Assembly (NCBI RefSeq): GCF_018350175.1
Contig: NC_058368.1
Coordinates: forward strand, 113,958,001 to 114,022,000
DNA: 64,000 bases
Direction: 5' to 3'
From: Felis catus
Taxonomy: Eukaryota
Below are positions 25,694-38,391 of this stretch, piece by piece (the first letter of the stretch is position 1; every line of letters begins with the position of its first letter). The translations under genes were made by a program, and so were the position numbers. The notes under the pieces were generated by a model. It had not been told where the DNA came from, ran no database searches, and was given only the letters and a program-made list of their open reading frames with translations.

Positions 25694-26574
25694 TCTCTCC
25701 CCACCCTTTTTTTTCCCCCAGCCTAATAACTTAAAAAAGTGAATGTGGGATAGGTTTTCAGAGTTAAAATATAAATCAATACACACAAAATGTTACAGAA
25801 GTTCTAAATAAAAATAGAGAAGTTTTAAATAACAAGCCCTCTCAGCACACCACCTCCCACAGCCGTTTCTCCTGCCCTCCCTTGTCCTCTAAATTCTACA
25901 TACCCAAAGTCTATTTTGACTCCCTCACATTTTGCACAGTAACTCATACTCAGCCTATGCAATACTGATGCCCTCCACCCTCCCTACTCTTCCTCAAGCC
26001 TACTGTTCTTTCTGTATCCTCTATCTCAGAGGCAAAACCAACCGCCCACTCACCTATCCAAAGCAGAAAGTGGGATGTCATCCTTGATATGCTCTTCCCA
26101 TTTCACCCCCCTCCCATACAACCCCAAGTGCTCCTTTAATCTCTCTCCACTCCATTCCCTTCTCACAGTCATAATCCCCTTCCTGCCTTGTATACAACCA
26201 TATCCTCCTCCCTAACTCCAGAGTGACATTTAGAGAATATTAGTAACAGCAAAGGATGTTCTATGTGAAACCTCTCACTGGTTCCTCGCTGCGTTCAGAA
26301 TAAATCTCAGAGACTTCTCCTGGCCCTTTATAACCCCATCATTGCCCTGAAGACTTCTTGCTACTATAGTACTGAAATACTTACACCTAAATACACCAGG
26401 CTCTTTTGCCCCACCCCACTCATTCCTACCAGCCCTTCAAGCCTTCAAGCTGGAAGTCTTCCCTAGCATCTTCCACTACCCACGAGATTAACTTCCCTTC
26501 TTCTGTATTCCCACAGTACTCTGTGCTTCCTTCCATATAAATTGTAATTACCTCTTACTTTTCTGTCTCCCCCA

Positions 26575-26984
26575 CAGTGGGGGGGAGTGCTGTTAAATGT
26601 TTAACAGTTGGTTGCGAGGGAGAGAGCCCTGATTTGTAACATTTGCCAATTTCCATGGTGTAAATACTCCCACCATGTCAGATTTCAAGCTACCAACATG
26701 TTGTCACTGAGCATGTGGAATTGGAAAAAGATGTGCAGCAGCACACCATTATAACCCTACACAGTATTTCCATTATAAAGACACAAGAGTCATAATCTAA
26801 AAGGCATAGACCACAGTAAAATCATTGATTTGGGAGTATTCATTATTCTTGTCTATAATTTATTATTAAGTTATATAATTTATTTTTAGCAAAGAGCATA
26901 TTTAATAGAATGACTCACAATATTCCTGACAATTTAACAAGCAGCTCTTGCAAATGGGTAAGTGCTGGCTCCAGCACATCACTG
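26575..26984. mobile_element. Ancient non-autonomous DNA transposon (hAT-Tip100-like)
   Basis: Degenerate terminal inverted repeats cagtgg..gtgctg and cagcacatcactg about 410 bp apart. Family assignment is from memory. Confidence 0.55.
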
Positions 26985-29890
26985 CCAACCTTAGACTTTA
27001 AGCTCCCTGAGAACCAGGATGCTATCTAACTTCCCTCTGCATTCTGGACTTCTGGTACATGGCAGGTGCTCAATAAATAATCAGTGAGTAAATGATTAGA
27101 TAGGTAAGTAAATAAGGTATAACTAGCAACTATTCCATCTTTCCTCACTTCTCCTCATTAAAATAATTATGGCTTTGTGTCTCTCAACTCCCCCTCCTTG
27201 TACTCCCTAAGAAGGCCTCTGTGTTGGTCATACAGAATAAAGAGGATGCAGGGAGAGAGAAAGGCATCATCAACTAGAGAAGAGGGAAGGAAGCAAGAGG
27301 GGGTGTTACTTAGTGTGTCAGTTCTTAGGCTCTTTCCATTGCTGAGGAAACTTCATGCAAGGAATGGAAAGGAGAACACTTCTAGAGAAAGCACGTGGGC
27401 AGGGTAGGAGATGGAAAAGCCTCAGAGCAGGCTGACTATGCAGAAGTGTTTGGGGGATCTGCCAAGTTAGGAGCTCCAGGGCACCCAGGGTATGAGAGAG
27501 TGTGGAGGAGAAGAAAGGGAAACCAAGAAATGCTGCTGAGGCTTAGGAACTGCCATCCCCTCTAAAAGCCTTCAAGAGATGCATATAAAGTTCAGGGAGA
27601 GTGGGCTAATGGTGGGCCACATACAAAGAGCCCAAGCACATCATGTTCAAGCTACAGATCACAGAGAATAAAGAGAAGCAAAGTCACCTCAAGAAGGCAA
27701 AACAACTCTGAGACGGAGTAAGACTACGATGAATATGCTAAAATCCCTCAACAAAGCAAGTGTCGTTTAGAAAGGGAAACTGGAAAACAAGAATCAGACA
27801 GAGACAGCCCCTTGTCCAGCTCAGGGCACACTATCTAGGAAAGAGATAACTTAATCATCATGGTCTGACCTGGTTCAGCTTCAGGCCAGATCCTTGTGGT
27901 AAAGCTTGAAACCTATAAATATTCGAATGCCATAACTCAGTCCCTAGCTCACCATGCAGTCTTTGGTAATTGTGGCCTCCCCCATGATCCTCCTTCAGGA
28001 ATCAAGAATGTGGTAACAGGTCTTCAGGAACATCCAGAGCACTCTTCACTGAAAATTAATAAAGTGCCTTTCTGACTGTTGTACTTTCGGTTCTCATGAG
28101 TTCATCAGCATGACTGTGCTTCTCCAAGTGTGGGCAGCAGTGGGACAGTGACAGAATAGGGTTTCTCTACCTACAGGACTCTGAGCAAACTACAGAGATA
28201 GCATGTATCCCAATCCTGAAGTTCAAAGTCAAAATGACCAAATTTAAGTTTCTACTTTTGTGTTAACAGAGGACCGGTCACTTGAAGACGGCTGGGCAGC
28301 AGGATTCAGGACTAGATGGTACAGTCCTGTCATCAAGAAACACCACCCACACACAGGCTGCCACGAAGCCCCATATTCTTCATACCTTTTCAGTGGTGCC
28401 ACCTGAGTTCACGGCATTAGGCTGAGCCCTTGCAACAGCCCACACGGACACATGGAAGATGTTCATCAGTAAGCTATAGTTCCTGGCTAAGAGTTAATAA
28501 CAGCATTTACCGAAAGCTGATAGTACATTAAAGCACTTTGCCTCCATGATCTCATTTTATCTTCAGAACCTCCCTATTATCCCCAGAAGCACTGAGATAA
28601 AACTCGTCTGGAAGTCCAAGGTAACTACTGAATGGAGAATTGACACTCAAACCCAGGTCTATCTGATCTGATCTGGCCTATGTTCTTAATAGCAATGTTC
28701 AATGACTTGGGACAATGTCCACAGCCTACTGGGCCAAGGGAGCTCAATCCTTCTGTCTCACTCCTTGAGGCTCTTCACTGTACAGCCAAACCAGGCCAAA
28801 TGAAAAAGACTGAACCCTCTAGGACCTGTGACATTGCACTACCTTATTCCGCTGACTGTGGGGAAACTTCAGCGTATATTACAGTTGATATTATTATTAA
28901 CTGTAGTGACTTCACATAAGTCCATTGTGATTGGTCAAAGCTGGGGAGCAGCTCTGCCGTTCCTATGATGTGCTCCTTGGTCAACAAGCTCAAGAACAAG
29001 TATGTTGCTAATCACAGTCCTAAGAGCCCAGTTCACAGTTTTCTTCATAACCTGGAGTGGGGGAGGGGCAGGGGAATCTTTTAAGTGGGCTGTGAAAAAA
29101 TGTAAAACACAAGAGAAGCACTTGTATTCAGATAGACAGAATGACACAAGGAGAGAGGGAGGCTAAAAGAAAACACAACCCTTGTTATGTGGCATTTCGA
29201 GAGCCAAGCTTCTATTTGGGTTCAACAGAAGAGCAGAGCTCTTCCAAGTGTATAGTCTTGATAAAAGCTTCAACAGACTTCGCTAAGTTAAAAAGAAAAG
29301 TCCAGGAAAGTTGTGCCGGGAGTTTGAAAATCCTTATAAATGATTTTAAAAAGTTACAGAATTTCCAGCTTAAGAACAACTGAACTTATTTAATAGGAAA
29401 AAAACTAAGAATAAAGCATGTTCAAGTTATTTTTTATTATGGTTTATTAATATTCTTTTCAGGCTAACCTAGTTTTAGGGTTCATCCAGCAATTGAAAAG
29501 AATTAGGTCACTTCTACAATGGCAAATTTCATCGAATAAAGCACTTGCTTTAGAAAACTAACACCAAAAATGTTCCTGTCTACATGTATCTGAACATTCT
29601 AAAACCTAACAAGCAAAGTCCTGAAAACCGAAATCTGGGTATGGGGAAATCAAGTGGCTTCAGTGACTTTGTTTTTTACAGTTAAAAACCTTACTTCACC
29701 AACAAATATTTCCAAAATGGAAAATTTGGTTTCAATTATCATGGTTGAAATGCACATCTGCTTCAGGCAGCAGTGATGCCCAAAATTTTCTACAAGTTTC
29801 TATCCATGACTACTAGTAGTGGGAGAGGACTCAAGGAATGCTGTGGGAAGAGAGAAAAGACAAGGATATTCAATACTTGCCTCTTCTCTC

Positions 29891-29910
29891 GGGGGGGGGG
29901 GGGGGGGGGG
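29891..29910. repeat. Poly-G homopolymer (~20 nt)
   Basis: Seen directly. Confidence 0.9.
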
Positions 29911-30287
29911 TCTTGCTAGTATCTTACCTGGCAATGCCAGTCTCAGCATTTAAAGAATTATCAGCTAAGTCATGTCTTCTCAAAAAATATGATCTGTTCG
30001 TGGATCAAGGGTGAAAAAAATCTCTTCTGGTTCTGAAGTTCCCTGAGAAGGAGCAGGCTCTCTTTCATAAGGATGAGCCGTTCTCCTGTGAATTGCTCCC
30101 ACAAATTCATGGCATAGTGCTGGGTGCATGGTGCCCCTCTCAAGCAGGTACACACCAGTGGTTCTGATGAAGAAAACCACAATTTTAGGAAAAATGGACA
30201 ACTAGTTTCCCCTTTGTATTATGCCTCTTCCGAAAGTTGTTCTCTGCAAATCTTGCAGATATATCAGACACTGAACCTGGAAAAAAA

Positions 30288-30400
30288 ATTTTTTTGAAGA
30301 TTTTATTTTTAAGTAATCTCTACATCCAACGTGGGGCTCCAACTCATAACCCTGAGATCAAGAATTACATGCTTTATCAACTGAGCCAGCCAGACATCCC
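30288..30400 (-). mobile_element. Short tRNA-derived CanSINE
   Basis: Reverse complement of the short SINEC type, flanked by duplicated cctggaaaaa. Confidence 0.8.
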
Positions 30401-33400
30401 TGGAAAAAATTTTTTTAAACTGTAGCAATATACACAACATGAAATTTTCATTTTAACCACTTTTAAGGATACAGTTCAGTGACATTAAATACATTCATGT
30501 TGTTGTGCAACCATCACCAACACATACGTTTCCAGAGTATAACAAGGCTGATCAGCCCACAAGACTGATTTCCAGAACTGAAATAAAATCCTAAGAGCAA
30601 GAGCAACTGCCATTTTCAATGTCTATCTGCTCTACAAGCGCACATACCCATACATACACACAATTTATCATTGTAGTAGTTGAGAGCCAGAGACCCTTTC
30701 CCTTCATAAAACAGAATGCAGAGTCATCTTCCTGTGACTGATCAAGAAACAGTGATTCTTCACAAAGGGAGATGGGAATCTCAGCATCAGCAGGTCCCTT
30801 AGGGAGCTGGAGAGCTTGGGGGATACAGCAAAGGTGTGTGCAAACTCATATGTTCTTCTTGAGATTTTGACTGAACACAAGTGTATCTGGTTCATAGTTC
30901 CAAACCACTAAAGGCATCCAGATGCCACAGGAAGTCTATAAAAAGGAGGATTAAGGTAGGTGTTGGTGAAAACTAGCAGAGGAAATGCCAAGCCCCGTGT
31001 GGTATCTCACTATGAGGAGATGGATGGTTCAGGTAGAAGAGAAGGATCCTGATAAGCTCTCCCCAGTTTTCTCATGGGAAAAGTCCCACATAGGCTGCTT
31101 TAGATGATAAACATAGAAAGTCCTTAACACAAGCTTTGGTTAGTATCCCAGCACGAGTCATGGGGTACACCAGGGCAATAGATGAACACCAAAGATAAAA
31201 CGACTATTTACCTAGTACCTAGTCTGTGCCACAGACATTTTACTAGATGCTTTATATATATATTACCTCATTTGATCCTCACAAAAACTCTATGAGGTAC
31301 AGATACTGTTATTACTCCCTTTATACCAAAAAGAAAAATTATCTATGACTAAATGTGACACACTCAAGGTCACACAGTTCATAAAGGAGATTCACTGCAA
31401 GGCCTGTGTTACTCTAAATCCCAGGCTTTCAATTAATAGCCTTTTAAGGGAGAAGTTATTTTCATACCCTCATGGCAAAGAAAGAAAATTGTTCAGTAGA
31501 AATCTCTTGGCTGAAAAAATCTTAATGCTTAAAAACAGCCAATTAAGCTTCAGCAGGTTAAGTGCGGAACAAGCATGAATTCAGGATTCCTCCAGTTGCT
31601 GGAGGTTTGACATGTGATCCTAGGCTAGTCACTCAGCTTCTCCAACCCTGGCTTTCCCAGGGAACTTGTAAAACCAGGCTACTTCCCCTGTTCTCGGCCT
31701 ACAAAAGCATTCCATAGGGTCAATGACCCGTGCTGAGATAATAAGGCCGATAGCCAAAGATGAACCTATTGGCCAAAGGTTTCAATCTCTTCTCTCACCA
31801 AGTTTCCTCTTAGTTATCACAGCTTCCCACAAAAGTTATCAGTTCATCACCAAACAATTAGGCAGCACCTACTATGCATGCAGCCACACAGCGATGAGTG
31901 AGGAGTGTTCAGAGTGGCACCATCCTTACCCCCCTGAAGACATGTCTCTGAGTCTGGGGGCTTGTAAGACACATGAAACAAAAGCACAAAAAGATCTGGT
32001 GAGTGGGCCTATTATTCCGTATCCAACTATGGACACAAACCTGAAGTACTGGAATTCAGAAGAACATCACCCGGGACTAGAAAAGCTGAGGTTTCCAACA
32101 CAAAAGAGGAGTTTAAAACAGCCTTGTTAGATGGATAACTTTAGGAAAAGAAGATGGGAAAAGGCATTCCAAGCAAAAGGAACTCCAGGAGCTAAGGATC
32201 TGGGGCTGGATGGAGCAGTACACAGGATGTATGGTCACAAAACAGACCAAAAGATTGCTTGGTGGGGGTATGGGTAAGCAGAGCGAATGCAGACTGAGCC
32301 AGATTTCAGAGGACTTGAATGCCTGACATGGTGAGCTGGACGTGAAGTGGAAACAAACGGTAGTGAGCTGGGTGACATGGTGAACCTTGGAAGCTGCTCA
32401 ATTTGTATTTCTTGACTACTCTCTGCCTCCAGTAGGGGAAAGACAAAAGAACATGTGCAAAAAGCAGGTGTTATAAAGCCCAGGACATCAGCCTTCCCAG
32501 CAGAGAGGCACCAGAACATCAAAGAACAAGAGATCTCCTAGAGGGCAAAGACTCATTACATTTCTAAAAACAGAAGATGCCCAAAAATGCTCAGGAAGCA
32601 GTACCCTGATCAGCTACTGCTAGTCTCACAAGGACCTTTCAGCCCCCACACACCACCAGTCAAGCAAATGAGCCTGATCCAGAACCTCTAAACCACGATT
32701 CACCTCGCCCCTGCCCTTCTACTAACTATCACACCAACAGAAGGTGAGGACACTACCCACCTCTGCTCCCAGCCTAGGAAACAGGCCTCCGGATGCTCTG
32801 TTGCCCAGCAGGCCACACTGAGTCCAACACTAAGCCCCTGTTGCAAAAACCGCTGAGGGAGAAGCTGCATCAGCAGCACACTCAGACTAAAAAGTCCCAG
32901 ACTCTTCCTGCGGGAGTCACATGGAGAAATGCAGTCCCTGGGGCCTCTTCAGACAGGAAGACACCCAACAATCATGCCAATTTTAACAGGGTCTAGAGAT
33001 GTTTAATGGCATCATTCTGCCCCATGAGATGCACCAGTGGAGACAATACGTGCAAAAGCAAGTGTTTATTGAGGTACAAACCAGTGCTGAGTTAGATGAA
33101 CCTGTTACCATTCAACCAGCCAGTTATCATCTGCATCAAACCTGCAACTCAAAGCAGCACTCCCCCCACCCCCGAAATGGTGCACTGCCACACCTCACCC
33201 CTCCCTGCCTAATGCTCCCTGCCTAATGCTCCATGCTGTCTCCTCATCTCAGGAAAAATGGCAAGCCTTGTTCTCTACCAGCCGCAGACCCACAGAACCA
33301 AAAAGCTGACACAACAGGAGGAGACGTTTTAGCACAGAAGAATGACCCACCCCCGCACTGCATAGAGTACCTCTGAAATAAAAGAATCAGATCCTCAGAT

Positions 33401-33663
33401 AATAGTTTAAAATGCATATATGCACGTGCCTGCCAGAAAATAAACTCTCACTAGTTACATCCAGCTCAACAGAGGTACTTAAATTCCCTTCTGTTTATTC
33501 CTATTTCATAAGGAACCCCTGATGGACAGAGCAAGAGTTCCTCTAAAGCACATACCTTCCAGTATCATTCAAAAACTTTTCAATGAAAATGAACATCAGT
33601 TCAGACCAAGTATCATCTGAAGGGTTTCTCTCCTTCTTATTTGAACTTGTGTGTGCATATAGG

Positions 33664-33673
33664 CACACGCGCG

Positions 33674-33708
<35 letters not shown>
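33664..33708. repeat. (CG)/(CA)n microsatellite
   Basis: Alternating purine-pyrimidine run. Confidence 0.9.
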
Positions 33709-34166
33709 CTTTTTAGAATAGACATGAGCGTGGTATGCTAGCTAAAGATTTGAGCACTTCAGTGTGAAAATGTAAGCACTCCATGCCAGGCCAGCCCTGC
33801 TGTGACATCAGAAACCCCCCACCAAAGAAAAACCACCCCTGGAAAGTAGTCAAGAAAGGGAAACGCCTCCTTGAAAGAGCCTGAGAAAGACAATCCTGAT
33901 TCAGCCCATGCTGAAACTATACCCGAACACCACCAGGAAGTCCCTTCTTTCAGGGTGCTCCACTGCCCAGCAAACCCAGACCTGCCTTTGCGGAAGCCAG
34001 ATCTCTGGAAAAGGGGGCTTCCCTGCTCTGACTCTGCTGTCTGCCCGGATCCATCGGGCAGGGAGGTCTTCCGACCCAGCCTAGCCAATGCAGATACAAA
34101 AGCTAGTAGCTGCACCACAAGCATACGTGTACACACACACACACACCACATTTAACACATACGTAC

Positions 34167-34180
34167 CTTTCACCCTCCAT
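34167..34180 (-). CDS. KLHL3: KLHL3 coding exon 1 (MEGE + AG of Ser5)
   Basis: Minus strand reads acaATG GAG GGT GAA AG|GTACGT: strong Kozak, GT donor at 34166-34165. Matches the known KLHL3 N-terminus MEGES and joins in phase with exon 2. Confidence 0.9.
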
Positions 34181-34620
34181 TGTGCGAGGCCCAGCCGGGG
34201 TGGTAGCCGCTGAACTGTGCATGCACCCGGAGATCGTAGCTCTGTTCTCGGTTCTCCCAGCCAACCAACAGGAGATCTGATCAGCAACAGTGATTCAGCA
34301 TGGCTGCAAATGAAGCCTCCTCCCTCTCTATCCTCCTTCCTCTGACTTACTCCCAGCAGCTTCTACCGCAGAAGCGGCAGCAGCAGAAAATGTCTTACCC
34401 AGAGCTCCCTGCAGCCCTTTCAGCTGCTAAACGCAGCAACCCATTTGCTCCCCCTCCCCCGCAGGCTCGCTGCTGCTCCTCCGTCTCCTAGGAACAGCGC
34501 AGCTCCAGCGGCCCAAGTGCGGTGCCACCTTTCCAGCTGCCTCCACATCTGCCTAGGCATCCCCAGCTCTGGAGACTAGCTCACCCCGGGGGGCTTCCGC
34601 CTCCTGTGCCTACGCTGCAA
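34181..34620 (-). other. KLHL3: Probable KLHL3 5' UTR of exon 1 (upstream limit approximate)
   Basis: GC/CpG-enriched, repeat-free sequence contiguous with the ATG exon and followed by promoter-type motifs. TSS not determinable from sequence alone. Confidence 0.5.
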
Positions 34621-34760
34621 AGGTTCAGGCAGTTCCTCACTAGCCCAAGAAACACTGGCCCCCGCCCTCCAACCCCACCCCTGCCCCCATAGGCTACAAG
34701 TCCGTCAGCCCGGCCGGATTGCTGGAATGAGGAGGCCCCTCTGTGGCTTGCAGTGGAGTA
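34480..34760 (-). promoter_or_regulatory. Putative KLHL3 promoter
   Basis: GC box ccccgccc (~34660), CACCC box (~34675), RFX X-box-like gtctcctaggaac (34483-34495) and locally raised CpG content upstream of exon 1. Confidence 0.5.
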
Positions 34761-37700
34761 TATCCACCTGGGGAAATCAGCTTATAGGTCACAGCTCACG
34801 TTCTGATTCCTCCTCACAAAATCTACAGTAGCTCTGACAGTCGGACAGATGGAGAGAAATTAGGGGGGAAAGAGTCTGATAGCTCTGAGAATGTGGAGAG
34901 AAATTTTATAAAGGGAACAGTAGACATAGGTGAAATGGAAACCAACCCTATTTTGCCTCCAGGGGCCAAAGATGATTGCAGTGAAGCCATCAAAATGAAT
35001 ACTGCACATGTTGATTTCCCTACACGGTACTGGATGATCACAAATTTCATTGCACAACACTGAAGTATCTGCCCAAAGCACTGAAATTTAAATGAAACTG
35101 TGGCTCCAACTAGTCAGTCTCCCACTGAACCCCCATCTCCAGCCAAAGATCGCCTGTACCCTGTAATCTCCAGCTGCTGAGCTTCAATTTAGACTTTCTT
35201 AACTCTAAAACATCATCTTGGGAAGGCAGAAGGGCAGTCTGTGTCTCCTAGCCACAGTCAAGAGGCTTAATGGAAATTGAGGCAAATTGCCACTACTGAT
35301 TGGTTAGCCACAGAAATGGGTTCAGAAGCTTCCTTAATGACTCAGAAAAATCATACATGAGCATCTCTATTGTCAAACCATCCAGGTCAAACCTAGGCTT
35401 TTCAGGATCTATGCTACCACTAGCTAGCTGAGCGACTTTCAGCCAAGTCTTCTTCCCACTTTGAACCTCAGATCCTCCTCCTCTATAACACAGGATCAGT
35501 CCAGGGTCCCTTTCAGCTCTAAAATCACACGATTCAAAAAATGCCTTAAATGTTCCATTTTGTTTGTTCATCTGTAAGACTGTTTAAGAAGAAATTTTTA
35601 CTAGACTCTTAATATTTTGTAGAGGTCTTCAGGGAGGATAACATAATGTATGTGAAAGCAAGAGAGATGACTGTTTATTCTATGACTGTTAAAATTTCGA
35701 CCTGTTGAATTTCTTCATTGTTACAAAGCCTTGAAACAGTGGAACGGGGGAAGGGAAGGCACACTGAGGTAACAGAAACTAGAAGTAACTTTTACAGACC
35801 CTGAATGGAAACTGGTAAGGTGTTATTCTCAAAGATTATCTCCCACTGACACCTCAGTGTCCTCTTAGATGAGGCTACTACCCCAACTCACTCTTTCTCA
35901 AATGAGACTCAGTCTGGGTTATTTTATTTACATCCTACCGCCCTAGATCAACACTTTTTCCTTTCACAATAACACCCCTCATATCTTTCTCCCTCTGTCC
36001 CTTCCTCCTCTAATCAGCCTTGTGGCTCGGCTCCAGATATTTCCTCTCGAGGTGAATCACAGGGACCAGGAGAAGCTGAACACCACAAACAAGGAAACTG
36101 AATCCCAGAATCCGTGCCAGAGTGCAGACATCCACCAGGAAGACAACTGGGTGATTCATAAAAGGAGCATAAGAATAAGATAAGTCTTTCTTTTACACCT
36201 TTATACCCTTATTGACCATTTTCCCATACAGGAAAGGGAGGAAACGTCACATCTAATAAACCAGAGAGAAAAGAAAAAGGTCAGAAAAGGAAATACTTAC
36301 AGCTGAGTATATACAGATTTCATTCCACAGTCAATATAAAAATTTTACAGCACTTCCTTCACAACCTACTTTTGCTGTGCTAACCCAATGTCACTACAAT
36401 GTATGTGCTAAAACCATATTATTGCTACCTGCACACTTTACTAACCATTCACTGTATCCACAGAGGTACAGAGAACATTCAGAGAAGGTCATCTAACAAA
36501 ATCAGGAACAGAGCTGAGTCAAGAATCAAAGTCTCCAGATTCCTGGCACAAAGTTCCCACCCTAACCTTCTCTAATTTCAGAGCTACATTTTACATTTTC
36601 TACTTTATTATCCAAATGTTCTTTGGGCCACAGTCTGAAACTATTTGCTTTAGGCTAATTTTCCTGACTGAACTTCAGATTAAGAAGAGATGCTATTGGA
36701 TTCTTGCAGCAGAGGAAAATCAAATGGAACCAAATTGGTGTCTGCCTGGTGGGGAAGAGGTCCCATCCTTGAACTGCACAGCCAACAGTATCTTAGGCCC
36801 GCCTTCCCACACCCAAGGCTTCTCCACAGCTCACCAATTGTAGCTAGTGGCCCCAACTCTCCATCCAAAGCAATCTGCCCAGCCATCCACACCAAATTTG
36901 TACAGAATTCTTCAGCTTTATGTGGCTCAGGAAGAAACCATGTTAGGAAAAGAAACTGTTTTTATTTAACTGCTTTTGGTCTAGAAAGTTCTTTTCTCCA
37001 CACTCCATCTCTCCACAGGGAGCCAGTACAGCATAGCTTATCTGGAAACAGTAAAATCAACCATTCTTTCCAAGTATCTCTTTTCTTTTTTTCACTTTTA
37101 TCTTCCTTCTCTAGGCATTCAGTTCCTCACATTTGCAGACACCATAACACAGTACAGTGGTCTGCCACCTGTGTGTCAGAACCATTGGCCTAGCTGGTTG
37201 AAACTGTATGAATCAGGTGGTCAAAAGGCACAATGAAACTTTTTAGGGTTATGGAAATGTTCTGTATCTTTACTGTGGTAATACTGAGACGATTGTATAC
37301 AACTACTACATTACATCAAACTAAACACTTAAAATGGGTGCATTTTATTTTATGTAAGTTATACCTAAATAAATCTGGGAAAAAAACAAAAACACTACAG
37401 TGCCAGGCTCGACCTCACACCTACAGAATTGGGGTCCAAGAAGCAGGAATTTCAATGAACTTCATTGGAGATTCTAATGCACAGCTAAATGTAAAGACCA
37501 CTAAGAACAAAAGAGCTCAAACCATCAGAATGAGAAAGACCAGGATCCAAGCGTACTTAGCAGAAACATGACCCTTGCCAAATTACTTTATGTCTCAATT
37601 TTCTCATCTGCAAAAAGGAGATAATAATAGTACCTACTTCCTAGGACTGTGAGATTTCAATATAAAAGTCTATAAAGCACTTAGCATACAACCCTGCCTG

Positions 37701-38003
37701 CAATAAGGACCCAGTAACCATTAGATATTTTCATTGCCTATGCCAATGTTATCAAACTACAGTCCTTGGTTCTGAGGTCAAGAAGAAAGTCTGCCAAACT
37801 ACCCTGTGCCAGAAGCACAGACCCAGGCCTCCCCTGGAGCCACTTCCACATCTCCCATGATCCCTGCTACCAACTGGCCACCAAGGACTAAGCAAAATCG
37901 GAGCTAAATAAAGGCCCACCCACATCTGTATCACAAGAATTTCCCCTTAGATTCTGGACCACCTGAGGGGTAGATTTCCCCTAGAGGTGCTCTGACTGCC
38001 CCA

Positions 38004-38079
38004 GAAATCAGGTAGAAACTGAAAAGGAACTTGAAGCCCACGAAATCAGGTAGAAACTGAAAAGGAACTTGAAGCCCAC
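38004..38079. repeat. Perfect 38-bp tandem duplication
   Basis: gaaatcaggtagaaactgaaaaggaacttgaagcccac occurs twice. Confidence 0.95.
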
Positions 38080-38391
38080 CTTATCCCAAGTAATACCTGG
38101 CCTCCCTCAGGATTCTTCCCCTGAGGGTGAAAGAACCCACCCATGTGCTGGGTGGTTTCAAGAATTTCATAACACATGGCACTTGTGTCACACTTTAAAG
38201 CTTACAATGCGCTTCATGTCCCTCATCTCCTTTAACTTAAGGTAACATTCCCTGGAAATTAACAGGTGCTCCCATCCCTGGCCATTTACTCTGGACGAGA
38301 CTCTGTACTCAAGGCTTTACAGGTACCTTTCTCATATAATCATCATAACAAACCTGTGAGAATGGACTATTATCCCTGTATTAAATGTGAG

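Noticed and set aside
32485..32515. CTCF-like ccagcagagaggcac
   Set aside because: An extra base breaks the spacing of the core motif.
36690..37193. 167-aa plus-strand ORF and other 100-145 aa ORFs (17595, 31723, 33759, 45835, 55813)
   Set aside because: No recognisable homology or supporting exon structure; lengths are compatible with chance.
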